Positions 1-11,949 of a DNA stretch of 64,000 nt are shown piece after piece; position 1 is the stretch's first letter; every line of letters starts with the position of its first letter. The DNA comes from Stegostoma tigrinum (lineage: Eukaryota). Both the position numbers and the translations under genes were made by a program. The notes under the pieces are model-generated. The model saw nothing but the letters and a program-made list of their open reading frames with translations, made no database searches and was not told the origin of the DNA. The stretch is taken from assembly GCF_030684315.1 (NCBI RefSeq), contig NC_081394.1:6244658-6308657 (forward strand). Direction: 5' to 3'.

Positions 1-177
1 ATTGTGACAAATTGGGGCGACCCCGTAAATATGGCTTCTAATGCAGGGGACATGTTAAAACTTCTCAGTTCCTGCACAAACACATTTATTTATGCTGTCA
101 CTCAAAGTAAGATCCGAGAGGAAATAAAAAACGTTGTCATGTGTGCATTAACATTCGTTCTAAAATTGATTAAATAA
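1..177 (+). CDS. 3' end (TM7 + helix 8) of a GPR139/GPR142-like class A GPCR; gene begins left of the window
   Basis: Frame 1 is open to TAA at 175-177: IVTNWGDPVNMASNAGDMLKLLSSCTNTFIYAVTQSKIREEIKNVVMCALTFVLKLIK*. LSSCTNTxIYAVTQxKxREExK is the C-terminal signature of the GPR139-like family expanded in cartilaginous fish. Not in the ORF track. Confidence 0.85.
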   Translation: MVTNWGDPVNMASNAGDMLKLLSSCTNTFIYAVTQSKIREEIKNVVMCALTFVLKLIK

Positions 178-2193
178 ATCTCACAATCGGGTTTCAAGGT
201 GTTTCTGGCCCTGAAAATACAGGAAGCAGATGAACATGATGGAATTCTTCAGCATTTAACCGGGAAGCACACAGAAAACACAACCTCTATATTCCAGGCT
301 GTCATAGACAGTTCCTGATACTCCAGAACAGTTGCCTATCCTCCTACACCTCTCTCAATGCTTTTTTTTGTCCAGTTCCCCTCATATGTAGGAGTGACAC
401 ACAGCTTAACCAGTCCCTGGGATATTGAGCTCCAGATTCTCTCCATTCTCTGCTTCAATACATTTCAGCTCAAATTCCACTTCAGCGTGTGGTGAGTCTC
501 GAAAATTGAAGATCTCTATTTTGTTCCTTTCTGGAGTGGAATTGACTTGATCAAAACCTGTTATGATTTTTTTTTCTCAGTATACAACTAGACAATAGTA
601 AGTGAAGGATATAAGATGTTGTGGTTTTAACTGTTTCAATTGTGTTTTCTCACTGCCTGTATCCTTTAAATAAGGCAAGCAGAACTGTGTAAAGCCATCG
701 ACAATTTGCAGCTATTCTCACATATGTTATTCACCGCTTATTTATTCTGTCCTCCTGATGTTCGTAGCAATAAATATTCACAGCAAGTTTTATCAACAGA
801 AAAGAAGTGCATTTGTTGTACCACAATTAATTTTACAAAATCAGTGAAATGAAAGAAATTCTAAGCGATAACAGTGCAATGTCAATTATACACTCAAAAC
901 ATGTACCATGACTCATGCTTATGATGGTCAAACTACAACAAAAGATGTGTGAAAACATATAGCATGAGAGGAAAATATATATATAAAGAGTATGAACAAA
1001 ATTGGAATGATTGAAATTCCAGATATTGCTGGTGCTTGGAGAAGATTGCTTTTCTTCATGTTGGTACTTGATCAAGTTGATGATTGCGGATGGGTCATTC
1101 ATTTGAGCAACAGAACAAGGTGAGGGCTCAGGAAAGGTGTTGGTTGGTGAGGAAGTTGTAGCCAGTTCTCAGGGGAAAGGAACTGTTGGTGTCATATTCG
1201 TGAAGGAAAACAGGAGGGCCATTTACAGAGAGAAATAGAGGCTGCTACTGGAGACCATAAGTAGGTGAAATGACAGGGGCGGAGTTAAAGACTGAGGCCA
1301 GTTGGGCTAAGAGGAAGAACTGACATGGAGAGGTTACTGAACACAGTGAGGCTAGAGGTCTGAAATATACTAAAATGAAAGTAGATTCAGACACAGTGAC
1401 TATTGACTTTTCAGGTGCTGGGAGCTGTTTTCCATTATTTCACAAAGCGGGTCATCGTTTTTTGTACCACCCACCAACTCCAAGACTCTTCCCCATTGAC
1501 ATTGGTGTCCAGACAGAAAGCAGAGAATAAAAGGAAATAATTGAATCTTTCTCAGGATGGCAGGCTGCTACGAATGGGGATTTACAAAGATTAAGGTCAG
1601 GGCCAGAACTCTTCGTGAACTACATCAATCAATTGAACGAAGGGACCAATTGTAATATCTCCAACATTCCTGATGACAGGAATGATCATTACAGTCTAAG
1701 TTAGACAGTAAAACTTGAAGAAACAGGGACAGGATTAGGCGATTCAGCCCCTCAAGCTTGCTCAGCCATTCAGTAGGACCATGCCTGATCTGACGTTCCT
1801 CACTTCTACCTTCCCCGTTACCTTAGATCCCCAACTGAACAGCAATGTGTCCAGCTCTGCCTTAAATATACACAAAGACTCTGCCCCCATTGCCCTCTGT
1901 GGTAAGGAGCTCCAACAAATCACAACCGACTGACAGAAGAAATTACTCCACATCTCAGTGTAAATTGGCTCCCATTTATTCTGAGACTATGCCCTCTGGT
2001 CCTATGCTCTCCCATGAAAGGAAACATCCTCCCAGATTTACCCTGTCAAGCCCTTCAAGTGTTCTGTATATTTCAATATATTTCACTTTATTCGTACCCT
2101 ACAATTAATAATTCAAATAAAAACATTAGTACAACTTTAACTCAATAATAACAGAATAATTGATTATTTAATGAGTCAGAAACAACTGTTCCA

Positions 2194-2466
2194 GGTGGCA
2201 CGGTAGCTCAGTGGTTAGCACTGCAGCCTCACAGCGCCAGGGATGTCGGTTCGATCCTAGCCTCAGGTAACTGTCTGTGTGGAGTTTGCACATTCTCCCC
2301 GTGTCTGCGTGGATTTCCTCCGGGTGCTCTGGTTCCCTCCCACAGTCCAAAGATGGTGTTCAGGGGTGTGTGGGTTATAGGGGGATGGGTCTGGGTGGGA
2401 TGATCCAAGGGGCGGTGTGGACTTGTTGGGCCGAAGGGCCTGTTTCCACACTGTAGGGAATCTAAT
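2194..2466 (+). mobile_element. tRNA-derived V-SINE (HE1-like)
   Basis: tRNA-like head (ggtggcacggtagctcagtggttagcactgc...ggttcgatcc) plus V-SINE core gtggagtttgcacattctccccgtgtctgcgtgg; other copies at 15.0, 42.7 and 50.2 kb. Confidence 0.85.
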
Positions 2467-2589
2467 TCCATAAATACACCCTCGGCAAAGACAAATTCAG
2501 AAAAATAGATTACCTCAAGTGTAATGTTTCCCTAGTCCAGGGGAAAAGAACAGCAAGAGAAAATTCTGGCAGGGAGAGTAAAGTCAAGC

Positions 2590-4360
2590 TGGGCTAGCAG
2601 CTTAACATTCCAGGATATCACTGGTTTAGACAGGATAGAAAGGGAAACAAAAGTGGTGCATATTACATTGCTGATTAAGGATAGGCTGTGTTGAGAGAGG
2701 ACACTTCAGTGGGTTCTTGCAGTGACGTATTGTGGGTGACACTCAGGAATAGAAAGAGTAAAAATCACAATATTGGGAGTTTTCTATCCACCTCCCGACA
2801 GCCCATGGGAGACAGAGGAACAGATATGTCGTCAGATGCTGGAACGGTGTGAAAAATGCAGGATAGTTGTGGTGGTTGACTTTCCTCTTATTGACAGGAG
2901 CTCAGATGGAGAGCTATTGATTAGATGTATCCAGGAGGGCTTTTTTGAGACAATGTGTTGAGAATCCAGACTTTGTACGAGGTAATGAGCCAGGACAGGT
3001 AGCATTATTTCAATAGGATAGTATTTTGGAATTAGTAAACATAACTCCATAAGATTTCAAATAGCCATGGGCAAAGACAAGGGTGCCCCTTGGGTGACTT
3101 AATTGGGCAAGGGCCAATTATATCCAAATTTGACGGGAAATGGGGATGTGGACTCCAGCACTTATTTGAGGGTAAATCTATGTCTATCATGTGGGGGGCT
3201 TTTAAAGGCCAGTTGATTAAAGTCCTTGCAAAACTGAAGGATAGGAATGGCGGGATTCAGGAACCATGGATGACAAGGGAAATTGTAAGCTTAGTCAAAA
3301 TGTAAAAGGAAGACTAAAAGAGGCTATGAAATGCCTTTAGCAAACAGAGTCAGGGAGAATCCCAAGATTTTTTATGCACATATGAGAAGAAGGAGGGTAG
3401 GAAGAGAAAGAGTAGGCCCACTTAAGGAGAAAGGAAAGGTGATGGCCTAGTGGTACTATCGCGAGACTGTTAATTCCGAGACCCAGATAAAGTTCTGGGG
3501 GCCCAGGTTTGAATCCTGCCATGGCAGATGGTGACGTTTGAATTCAATGAATAAAATTTGGAATTAAGGGTCTAATGATGACCATAAATCCATTGTTGAT
3601 TGTTGGAGGAAAAACTCATCTGGTTCACTAATGCTCTTTAGAGAAGGAAAGTGTCATCTTTACCTGGTCTGGCCTACACATGACTCCAGACCCACAGCAA
3701 TGTGGTTGAGTCTCAATTGCCCTCTGGTGTAAACTGAGGAGATGGATATGGCTAATTTTGAGGTAAGGGATGAGTGCATGAATACTCTAAAGAGTGTCAA
3801 TATGTTGAAGTAGAAAGTTTTGCACATCCAAAATTGCTTTAAGGTAGTGAACTCCCTGAAGCCAGATGGGATCTATCTCAGGTTACTGCAAGAGGCAAGG
3901 GGAGAAATAGCCAGGACATTTGGAAGAAAATAGTCAAGTTGGTGACAGGCAGCACAGTTTTGTATGGGGAAGGTCATGTCTAACCCCTAAACTCCTAAAG
4001 ATAATTGATGAGGGAAGGCTGTGGATGTAGTTTATATGGACTTTAGTCAGGCATTTGACAAAGGACAAAAACCAAACTCACATGGGATTTGCGTGGGCTG
4101 GCTACATGGATACAAAACTGTTTTGGTCGTAGAAGTCAGAGGGCAGTGGTGGAAGTGTGTTTTTCAGAATGGTGAACAGTAACTAGTGGTGCTCCATGGG
4201 GATCAGTCTTTGGTTCTGCATTGTTGGTAGTGTATTTAAATGATCTAGGGGAAAATGTGGGTGGTCTGATTAGTAAGTTTTCAGGTGGCACAAAGATTGG
4301 CAGAGTTACTGGTCATGCTGACAATTCTGAAAGGATACAACAGGATATAGATGGATTGGT
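2590..4360 (+). mobile_element. Degenerate CR1 LINE ORF2 fragment, interrupted by a SINE
   Basis: Decayed endonuclease/RT motifs (GVFYxPP; tatatggactttagtcaggcatttgac = YMDFSQAFD; agtggtgctccatggggatcagt); many stops and frameshifts. Confidence 0.7.
3438..3727 (+). mobile_element. Deu-domain SINE (SacSINE1-like)
   Basis: tRNA-like head ggtgatggcctagtggtactatcgcgagact...ggtttgaatcc and body catctggttcactaatg...ctggcctacacatgactccagacccacagcaatgtgg; related degenerate copies near 10.7-11.0 kb (-) and 61.6-61.9 kb (+). Confidence 0.65.
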
Positions 4361-4480
4361 AATTTTATGTTATAGACCCCTTCTATCTAAATAAATCTAC
4401 ACACAGCCTGACTGCAGCTGCTTCCTGATCGTTCTGAAATTCTGTTTTAATGAACTGCTGGGGCCAAGCATCAGCAGGTT

Positions 4481-4486
4481 TTTATT
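4481..4486 (-). promoter_or_regulatory. Candidate polyadenylation signal of Siglec-like gene A2
   Basis: AATAAA on the minus strand about 430 nt downstream of the terminal-exon stop. Confidence 0.35.
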
Positions 4487-4913
4487 TGTTGTGTCTCAAT
4501 TTCTCCATCATCTATTAAACAGCTTAACTCAAATTTTTAAATATATGTCAAAGAACATCATCAGGCACCATGATGCCACTTACAGACAATGTCCAAAATG
4601 AAATTAAAAGCATATCTTCCCCCTTATTAATACACAGTATAGAAATGCAAAGCAAACACAAACTCTCTGCATCTGAACCCACATTCCCAAATAATAACCA
4701 GATATTATGAAGCTTCATCATAATTGCTTCACATAATATCTATAAAATTATACACAATTCATTAGCTGCATACAATCTCTGATGGCAAGTAAAAGATGCA
4801 GCATTTGGGGAGCATATTCAGAATGAACAAAATTGAGCAATGTCATTTTCTTTTCATTAATATTCAACCATAATGACTTCACACATCTCGAACACCCTGT
4901 CCCAGTTTCTCTC

Positions 4914-5150
4914 TCACTTTGGCTGGAATTTGATCTCTGCATGTTCTGTGTCCTTGTCCCTGCGCACAGCCCCGTCTCTGCTGGGCAGCTTTGAGAAGAT
5001 GATATTGTCGTAGAGAAGGTCTTTATTTCCGTTTTGGTGTCTAGCATCTCCTACCACTGCACGAGCAAAGACAGCCCGGGGAGCTGGTGTCTCCCCAACT
5101 CTAGTGGTGTCCCGAGTTGTGTTCTGATGGTCAGTAACCACCAAGTTATC
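4914..5150 (-). pseudogene. A2 terminal cytoplasmic exon with ITIM-like LLYDNI and a mutated ITSM (TEHAEI)
   Basis: tcatag|GAT AAC TTG GTG..., phase 0, open to TGA at 4914. The ancestral acceptor (ctctgtag in the 37.77 kb copy) reads ctctgagg here. Confidence 0.8.
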
Positions 5151-6169
5151 CTATGATCCCCTCAGAGAAATTGAAACAGGAGATGTTCTCACACCATTTA
5201 CTGGCGTGGATAGGTTTAAATTATTGCACAACCTCATAAGAGTCAGTCGAGGATCAGGGGTTTAATCAGGGTTCACCCTTCTCTTTCTTACCTTGAAAAC
5301 TAAAGCTCATTGTTCACAGAGACTGAACATCACAAATACTCCAAGTGACTGAAGGGCTTCATTTATTGAACTGTAGTCATTGATGTAATGTAGGAAGTAT
5401 AGCAGTGAATTTGCACACAGCAAATCTCCCGACAACAGTATTAGAATAACTAACATCACATTTTTAATGGCTGTTTTGTTTGACGGAGATAGCGGAAGGC
5501 CCCAGACACTGAGGAGAACAGCTCCCCGCTTCTCTTTCAAATCATGGCCATGGGTCTTTTATCACCCTCCCAGAGGGCAGACGGTGCGGCTTAATGTGCC
5601 ATCTGAAAAATGGCATCTTCGACACTGCAGAGCTCTGTTAAAGGAATGGAAATGAAGATATTCTCACAATTTGCTGGCACATTTGGGGGAAGTTGCTGCG
5701 CAGCCTCATGAGTGTTATACACAGTTCAGTGAATTTAACTTTTTCCACCCACACCTCCCCTCTCCCTGTATCTGTCTGTCATACCGCGTGTCATTTCTCT
5801 CTCCACTTTCTAGTCTCTAACCTTTCTCACCCTTGAGTTACAGTGTCATAGTTTGTGTATCAAATTTGGATTTGAGTTCTCTTCTTGACTCAAATGGTAC
5901 ATTCCAAACACCTTCAGAGCCAGCATCTTTTAGAAGTGTATTCAATGCTATAGTGTCGGACGTGCAGCTGTGGTTCATGCACAGAAAGATTCCACAGCAG
6001 CAACACAATAAACAGTTGACACCAAACTTATGAACAATAAAATAAAGAACTGGAGATGCTGTAATTCTGAAACAATAAAAGAAATTGCTCAAAACTCAGC
6101 GAGTCTGAGAGGCTCTGGGAAAAGAAAGCGGCTTACATTTTGAGTCCATGACCCTTACTCAGAATGGGG

Positions 6170-6705
6170 TCAGCACCCTCAGTACTGCCCCTCCAAGTGT
6201 GCAGCACTCTCTCAGTACTGACCTTTCAACAGTGCAGCAGTCCCTCAGTACTGACCTTTCAACAGTGCAGCACTCCCTCAGAACTGACCCAATGAAAGCG
6301 TGGCATTCCCTCAGGACTGACCCTCCGACATGATGGGACTGCCTCGGTTCTGACCTCTGACAGTGCAGCACTCCCTCAGCATTGACCCTCTGTCAGTGCG
6401 GCACTGCCTCAGCTCTGACACTCTGACAGTGCGGCACTCCCTCAGCCCTGACCCTCCGACAGTGCAGCTCTCCCTCAGCACTGACCCTCTGACAGTGCGG
6501 CACTCCCTCAGCCCTGACCCTCCAACAGTGCGGTGCTCCCTCAGCACTGACCCTCCGACAGTGCAGCACTCCCTCAGCACTGACCCTCTGACAGTGCAGC
6601 ACTCCCTCAGCTCTGACCCTCCGACAGTGCAGCACTCCCTCAGCACTGACCCTCTGACAGTGCGGCGCTCCCTCAGCCCTGACCCTCCAACAGTGCGGCA
6701 CTCTC
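6170..6705 (+). repeat. 33-bp minisatellite (cagcactgaccctccgacagtgcggcactccct)n
   Basis: About 16 tandem units; produces the spurious 11-aa repeat ORFs in the track. Confidence 0.95.
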
Positions 6706-6729
6706 TAACATCCCTCTTACTGTTTCTCT

Positions 6730-6865
6730 CACAGTTTGGACAGAATCTGATCTGTGCATATTCTGTGTCCTCGTCCCTGTGCACAGTCAAATCACTGGGC
6801 ACCTTCAAAATGGTGATGGTGGTGGGGAGAAAGGTCTTGGATTTGTAAATTGCAACATGTCCCAC
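6730..6865 (-). pseudogene. Second, degenerate copy of the ITIM/ITSM terminal exon directly behind the A2 cytoplasmic exon
   Basis: KVPSDLTVHRDEDTEYAQIRF aligns with KLPSRDGAVRRDKDTEHAEIKF of the terminal exon; 1-nt insertion at caagacctttctc. Confidence 0.75.
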
Positions 6866-6917
6866 TGACTAAACGCTGAGCGTAAAGCTTTGGAGTGAGT
6901 GCAAACTGCTTCTGTAC

Positions 6918-6999
6918 CTGGTGTCTCACAGAGAGTTGACTGTCGGTCGGTGCATTCTCATTGGTCTTTGCAGCTGCCTCCTCAGCCGCTGTCTTCCTC
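6918..6999 (-). pseudogene. A2 membrane-proximal cytoplasmic exon
   Basis: NAGNAG acceptor tatagcag|G AGG AAG (phase 2, matches the TM exon); RKTAAEEAAAKTNENAPTDSQLSVRHQ; donor CAG|gtacag (phase 0, matches the terminal exon). Confidence 0.75.
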
Positions 7000-7314
7000 C
7001 TGCTATAACACAATATCACAGTGTGGTTATTGTAAATGAGGGAGTCAGTGCAGCACAGATACAGTTACATGTCTGGACGTTCTGTTGAAATGTGCTTTCA
7101 CTTCCCAAACAGGCTACATATTCCAGATCAAAACAAACCATGGTTTCTCATGTGGACACACAGCAATGGAAGGCCCACTCTGGATCAGAGGGACATGGGG
7201 GCCACATACAGAAGGAGTGTCTGGTCCCTCACCCCATAGGTACAGTCCCAAACTGAACTAATGAAAGTGGAAGCAAATATTCAGAGTAAAATTGAAAGAA
7301 GCATTTACACTTAC

Positions 7315-7413
7315 TTTTGCGCACACCGTAAGATGAAGATTCCAGCCAGGAAAGCAGTCAACATGATTCCAGCTGAGACCAATCCTACTGCCCATTCATT
7401 GCAGTCTCTCTCT
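7315..7413 (-). pseudogene. A2 transmembrane exon (uncharged TM)
   Basis: tttttacag|...ERDCNEWAVGLVSAGIMLTAFLAGIFILRCAQK|gtaagt. The (AG)n run at the acceptor puts it out of the expected phase 1 unless the acceptor slips by 2 nt. Confidence 0.8.
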
Positions 7414-7737
7414 CTGTAAAAACAGCCATCAAATACTGTGCTGTCATTTTGGAACAATGTTCTGATGTATCTCAGGTTCTCAGATAGTGTTGACGTTTAT
7501 TGTCCCTCCCTCATTGCCCCTTGAAAAGATGGTGGGTGGCTTTTTTCCTGAGCCACTGACTGGACACAAACAGAGAGAGGAGTTCAGAGCGTAGTTAAGA
7601 ATTAACCACATCAGTGTTTGAGACTGTAATCATGTATACACACAGACCAGGATAAAACAGCAGGTTTCCTTCACTAATGGGGCATTTGTGACCCACCTCA
7701 CAATCTCTGTCTTTATATCAATCAAACTCAGTAAAGT

Positions 7738-7867
7738 TATAATCGGAGATAATGGGAACTGCAGATGCTGGAGATTCCAAGATAATAAAATGTGAGGCTG
7801 GATGAACACAGCAGGCCAAGCAGCATCTCAGGAGCACAAAAGCTGACGTTTCGGGCCTAGACCCTTC
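7738..7867 (-). mobile_element. Short Penelope-derived terminal fragment with target-site duplication
   Basis: Near-identical to 22049-22170; flanked by direct repeat aactcagtaaagt (7725-7737 and 7868-7880). Confidence 0.8.
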
Positions 7868-8354
7868 AACTCAGTAAAGTGATCGATTCTCAACTCATTG
7901 CCACATTGCTGTTTGTGGCATCTTGCTTTGCACAAATTGGCAGCAACTCTCCCCATGTAAGAGCGGGCACCACCTTCATGAAGTACACCATGAGGAGGAG
8001 GTGCCAGTGTTGGGCTGGAGTGGAGAAAGTCAGAAGTTACATGACACCAGGTTATGGTGTAACAGGTTTATTTCAAATCACAAGCCGTCATGTGGTTTTC
8101 CCAACAACCTCTGACCAACATTGGGATAATCTTCATGTCAGGCCATTCAAAACAGAATGTCAGGAAGCACTTTCTTCATAAAGTGAGCTGGTAACCTGGT
8201 TTTTTCATGAACATACCCTGCCTGCCAAGAAAACTGTACTAGAAAATAAAATGAGACAACGCAGCAGTGAGTGGCGTTGGGGCAGATCATAGGGGAGAGT
8301 GGTGTTAAGTTGGGAAGGTGTCCAGCCCAATGGGTGGGGGTCTCACTGCGGGCA

Positions 8355-8474
8355 ATGAACAGAACAAGTTCCAACAATGAGCTGTGGTCGGAGATTCCTC
8401 ACGTTACATACAGGAAGACTGGGTAGAAAATGAACATAGAGCAGTGGAGAGCTCCATAACCATCACTGTACAGT
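8355..8474 (+). pseudogene. Inverted fragment of a Siglec-like third Ig (C2) exon
   Basis: MNRTSSNNELWSEIPHVTYRKTG/VENEHRAVESSITITVQ aligns to gene B exon 63686-63967; DYQC segment deleted; opposite strand to A2. Confidence 0.8.
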
Positions 8475-9411
8475 GTGGGACTACTGTTATATTTGTTCAG
8501 GGGCTGTCTGTGTCGGTGCGGCTTTCCCACTGTATTTTTCAAAAATGGGCTCCGAATTCCATGAGATACTTGAATTTGGAGAATATGGAGCAAAGAAAGA
8601 ATTATCGATCAGACCTGAATCCCTCAAAATGTATTACAAAGGTAGCTTAGACCCTAACTTTTTCTTATTTTGCAGGTAAATGTGAGGAACTGTGTTCCAG
8701 ATGCAATTTGATTCATCAAAGTACTTTACATTAAGTAAACACTGCAGCTAAAATACAACAAAGAAAAGAGGAATTGGAATAACTTAACTGTTTTGGAAAA
8801 CTTAACAAAGTAAGACTATTTAATGTCTAATGTCTAATTCCCAAAGCCTTGCTAACAATGAATCAGGGGTTCCAATTCCACATTTGCTGAATTATTTGTG
8901 AACCCCTAACACCTTACAGCACCAAGTCCTGAGCCCTAACTTTGCCATTTCGATCTGTCCAGTGGCTCCTAGGGCTTCTCCTGTTTCCTGGACTTCATTC
9001 AGCTTTAAAATAGCTTCTGGGAACGAATGCTGATCTTCACCCGGACAGAATCAGGACCCTTCAGCCACTTCCTCAGTAGCACAGCTAACCGCACTGATCC
9101 TGCATGGAGCCAGCCCCTGTTTCTCACCCTCTCTCTTTCTCTCACTGAGTATTCAATTCTTTCAACCTTAAACAGATTCTGACCCTTGAACTAATCTGAG
9201 TGAAATATTGAAAATGTTACAACTAACCTCGCCCTTATGTCTTGGCAGGATTGAATGGAGGAACCATTGGAATTCTTGTTCCATGAATATCAGAATCTTC
9301 ACTGCCTGCTTGTTCAAAGCAGCACCCGGTTAATCTAGAGTTTCCATTCCTTCAGCAGGGAATTGAAGCTTATACTGATGCTCCAGTACAACCCCGAGAG
9401 AGGGTCCAAGT

Positions 9412-9414
<3 letters not shown>

Positions 9415-9450
<36 letters not shown>

Positions 9451-9466
9451 GGTCTGTGTGTGTGTA
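9415..9466. repeat. (GT)n microsatellite
   Basis: Direct sequence. Confidence 0.95.
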
Positions 9467-9524
9467 GGACAATACGAATATATTCATAAGTGTGCACGCG
9501 ATTTTGAACTCTGTGAACACTCAC

Positions 9525-9594
9525 TTTGCACAGTGATAGCTATGGACCCAACAATTGCTCCATGGTCATTCTCTGCTGCACACTGATAGTCTCT
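9525..9594 (-). pseudogene. 3' half of an A2 C2-type Ig exon
   Basis: RDYQCAAENDHGAIVGSIAITVQ|gtgagt; 5' half missing. Confidence 0.8.
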
Positions 9595-11241
9595 ATCCAA
9601 AGTTAAAACTGTTATACAATCAACAATTTATAATTCAACTGATTTTCTAATTTCCTAAATTAACATAAGGTAAATATGGATAATAGTGAGTGTGGGGTTA
9701 CTATGGCAGCCAGAGGTGTATTTTGTTCATTTTTTTTATGAAGAGGGGTTGAAAAAGAGATTCCAAGCAGTGTGCTCCAAGCCAACAAAATGCACAGCTT
9801 TCGAAATGTTTTTCTTTTAATATTGTAACAATAGAAGTGGCATGGAAGTGTGAAGTCAGGATCCCACAGAACCAGGATCTTAGCTTAACTTTCAGTAGCT
9901 GTCGGAATTTGGAAGCTGCTATACTTCTCTCCCTGCTACAGCAAAACCCCTGAATTATCTCTTTCTCTCAGAGTTTCCTCTTGATGTTCTGAAGGAGAAA
10001 ATTGCATGTGAGACAATGCATTTTACTGAATTTGTCTTTTCCAAGCACAAGTTTGTGGGAAGTTTCTGCATTGGAACAGTTACAGTTTAGTAATTAAATA
10101 TTCCATTGTTCTGTTGAATAGAGTTAAGTTATTCTAATTCATCTTTCTTTCGACAGTATTTAACTATGTGTGTAAGAGTAATGTATGTTTTGCTTCAAGC
10201 TTGGTAGCTCAACTAATTGCATCTGGGACAAAATGCATTACATTTGCCTTTAAGAGTAATAAAAAATTGGCACATAGACTATTTTCTGAATATTTCGGTC
10301 AGACATAAGTAATTCTGAGATTGTTCAGTATTGCTCAATTGAAACCTAGTGTGCAGCATATCTGTATCAGATGTCAGTTTGGCCACAGCGAGGGCCATTG
10401 TGCACAGTTCTGAAAACAACATGACAGGGCGGATGTGATCAAACTGGAGAAGGTGCAGAGGGGATTTACCAGGATGTTGCCTGGGCTGGAGAGTTTCAGG
10501 CATGAAAAATTGATTGGATTGACTGGGGTTGTTTTCCCTTCAGGCAGAGCAGACAAAGGCAGCGGGGGTGGGGGGGGGGGGCGGTGGAGGTGGACATCAT
10601 TGAGATGTAAACAGTTGGTACAGGAAGATACTCCTATATTTTAATTTATTCATATAATTTTTCATCAGGGATGAGGGTGATGCTTGTTAGGCCAGCTATG
10701 AATGCCCATCCCTAATTGCCAAGAAGGCATTTAAGATTCAGCCACATTGCTGTGTGTTTGGAATCAAATGTAGGCCACACCAGGAAAGCACCACAGTTTT
10801 CCTCCCTAAAAACCCTGGGTTTTTCGTACAATTGACGGTGGATTCATGGTCATCATTAGACACGTAACGCCACATTCTTTATTGAATTCATATTCCCTAT
10901 CTGTGAGATTCGAACCCAGGTCCCCAGAACATTACTTGGGTCTCCACATCAACAGTCCAGCAATAATACTGCTTGGTCATTGCTTTCCTGACCACATTGT
11001 CATAACAGTGTCATAACATAACACTGAAGAGCTATTTAGATGTGCATTGTTTATTCCAAAGAGCACATTGCTTTGGTTAAGTGCTGGATAAAGGGATTAT
11101 AACAGTTAGAGTTTGTTTCTGTTTAGTACAGGCTCAATGGGCAGTAGGGACTTTCCACTTATTTAGATCTCTGGGATTTGGGGTTTTTTTTGCTGTTCAG
11201 TTAATGATGTACAACTTTGAATGAAGGATAGTCATACTTAC

Positions 11242-11413
11242 GTTGTAGTGACAGCTGAGTTACAGTGTTTGACTGATTCACGTACGGCTGTAGGAGTGTC
11301 ACAGGTTAAGGCAGGAGCAGTTCCACTGCACGCTTTGTTGAAGTTGCAGCTTAGGCTCACACGCTTTCCTGCGATAATTTCCTCCGGTAATATTATCGGA
11401 TTATCTGTGATGT
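11242..11413 (-). pseudogene. A2 second Ig (C2) exon with internal deletion
   Basis: gtgttag|AC ATC...DITDNPIILPEEIIAGKRVSLSCNFNKACSGTAPALTC(W->C)DTP...; more than 100 nt missing relative to 25807-26105; donor gtaagt retained. Confidence 0.85.
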
Positions 11414-11949
11414 CTAACACACATAGGATGGATCCTTTTATACAAATATTAGGTGGAATATCAGCTCAAATGGAAATCACACTCCTAGGAGAGCAAGTCC
11501 GGTTACCAGGATGATCTCAGATTTGACGGTTAGAAATGAGGCTGGATGATGACACCCTCAGTGTAGTCCCACCACTCCCTTGGTCACAACATGAAATAAA
11601 AATACCTTTCCTCAGTTACTAAATTTTCCAATTAAGTCCTTTATGTACTTTACATTGAAAGCAGCAGATTTATTCTGCCCTTTATATGTGTCCTGGCTTT
11701 GTACGCATTTTCACTTGGTGCCATTCTTGTACCAGTTCCCGATCTCCTTGCGCACCATTTCAAGTTCAGTAACCGTCCAGTGTCTTCCCGAGAGCCTCAA
11801 TTGAGCCTGACCCCACCACTCTTTCACTTGGTGCATTGCAGACGCATTCTACTCACTGCGGGGAAAAGTAAGGCTTTTCGCATTCTCACGTTTGCTTCTT
11901 TTGCAAAACTGTAAAACTGTAACCTCTAGTTGTTCATTCTTTCATGATC

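Noticed and set aside
6148-6865. Long ORFs with 11-aa repeats (RECCTVGGSVL / QHSLSTDPPTV), also at 34-37 kb and 54-58 kb
   Set aside because: Translation of a 33-bp satellite that is open on both strands; no splice or codon evidence for a protein
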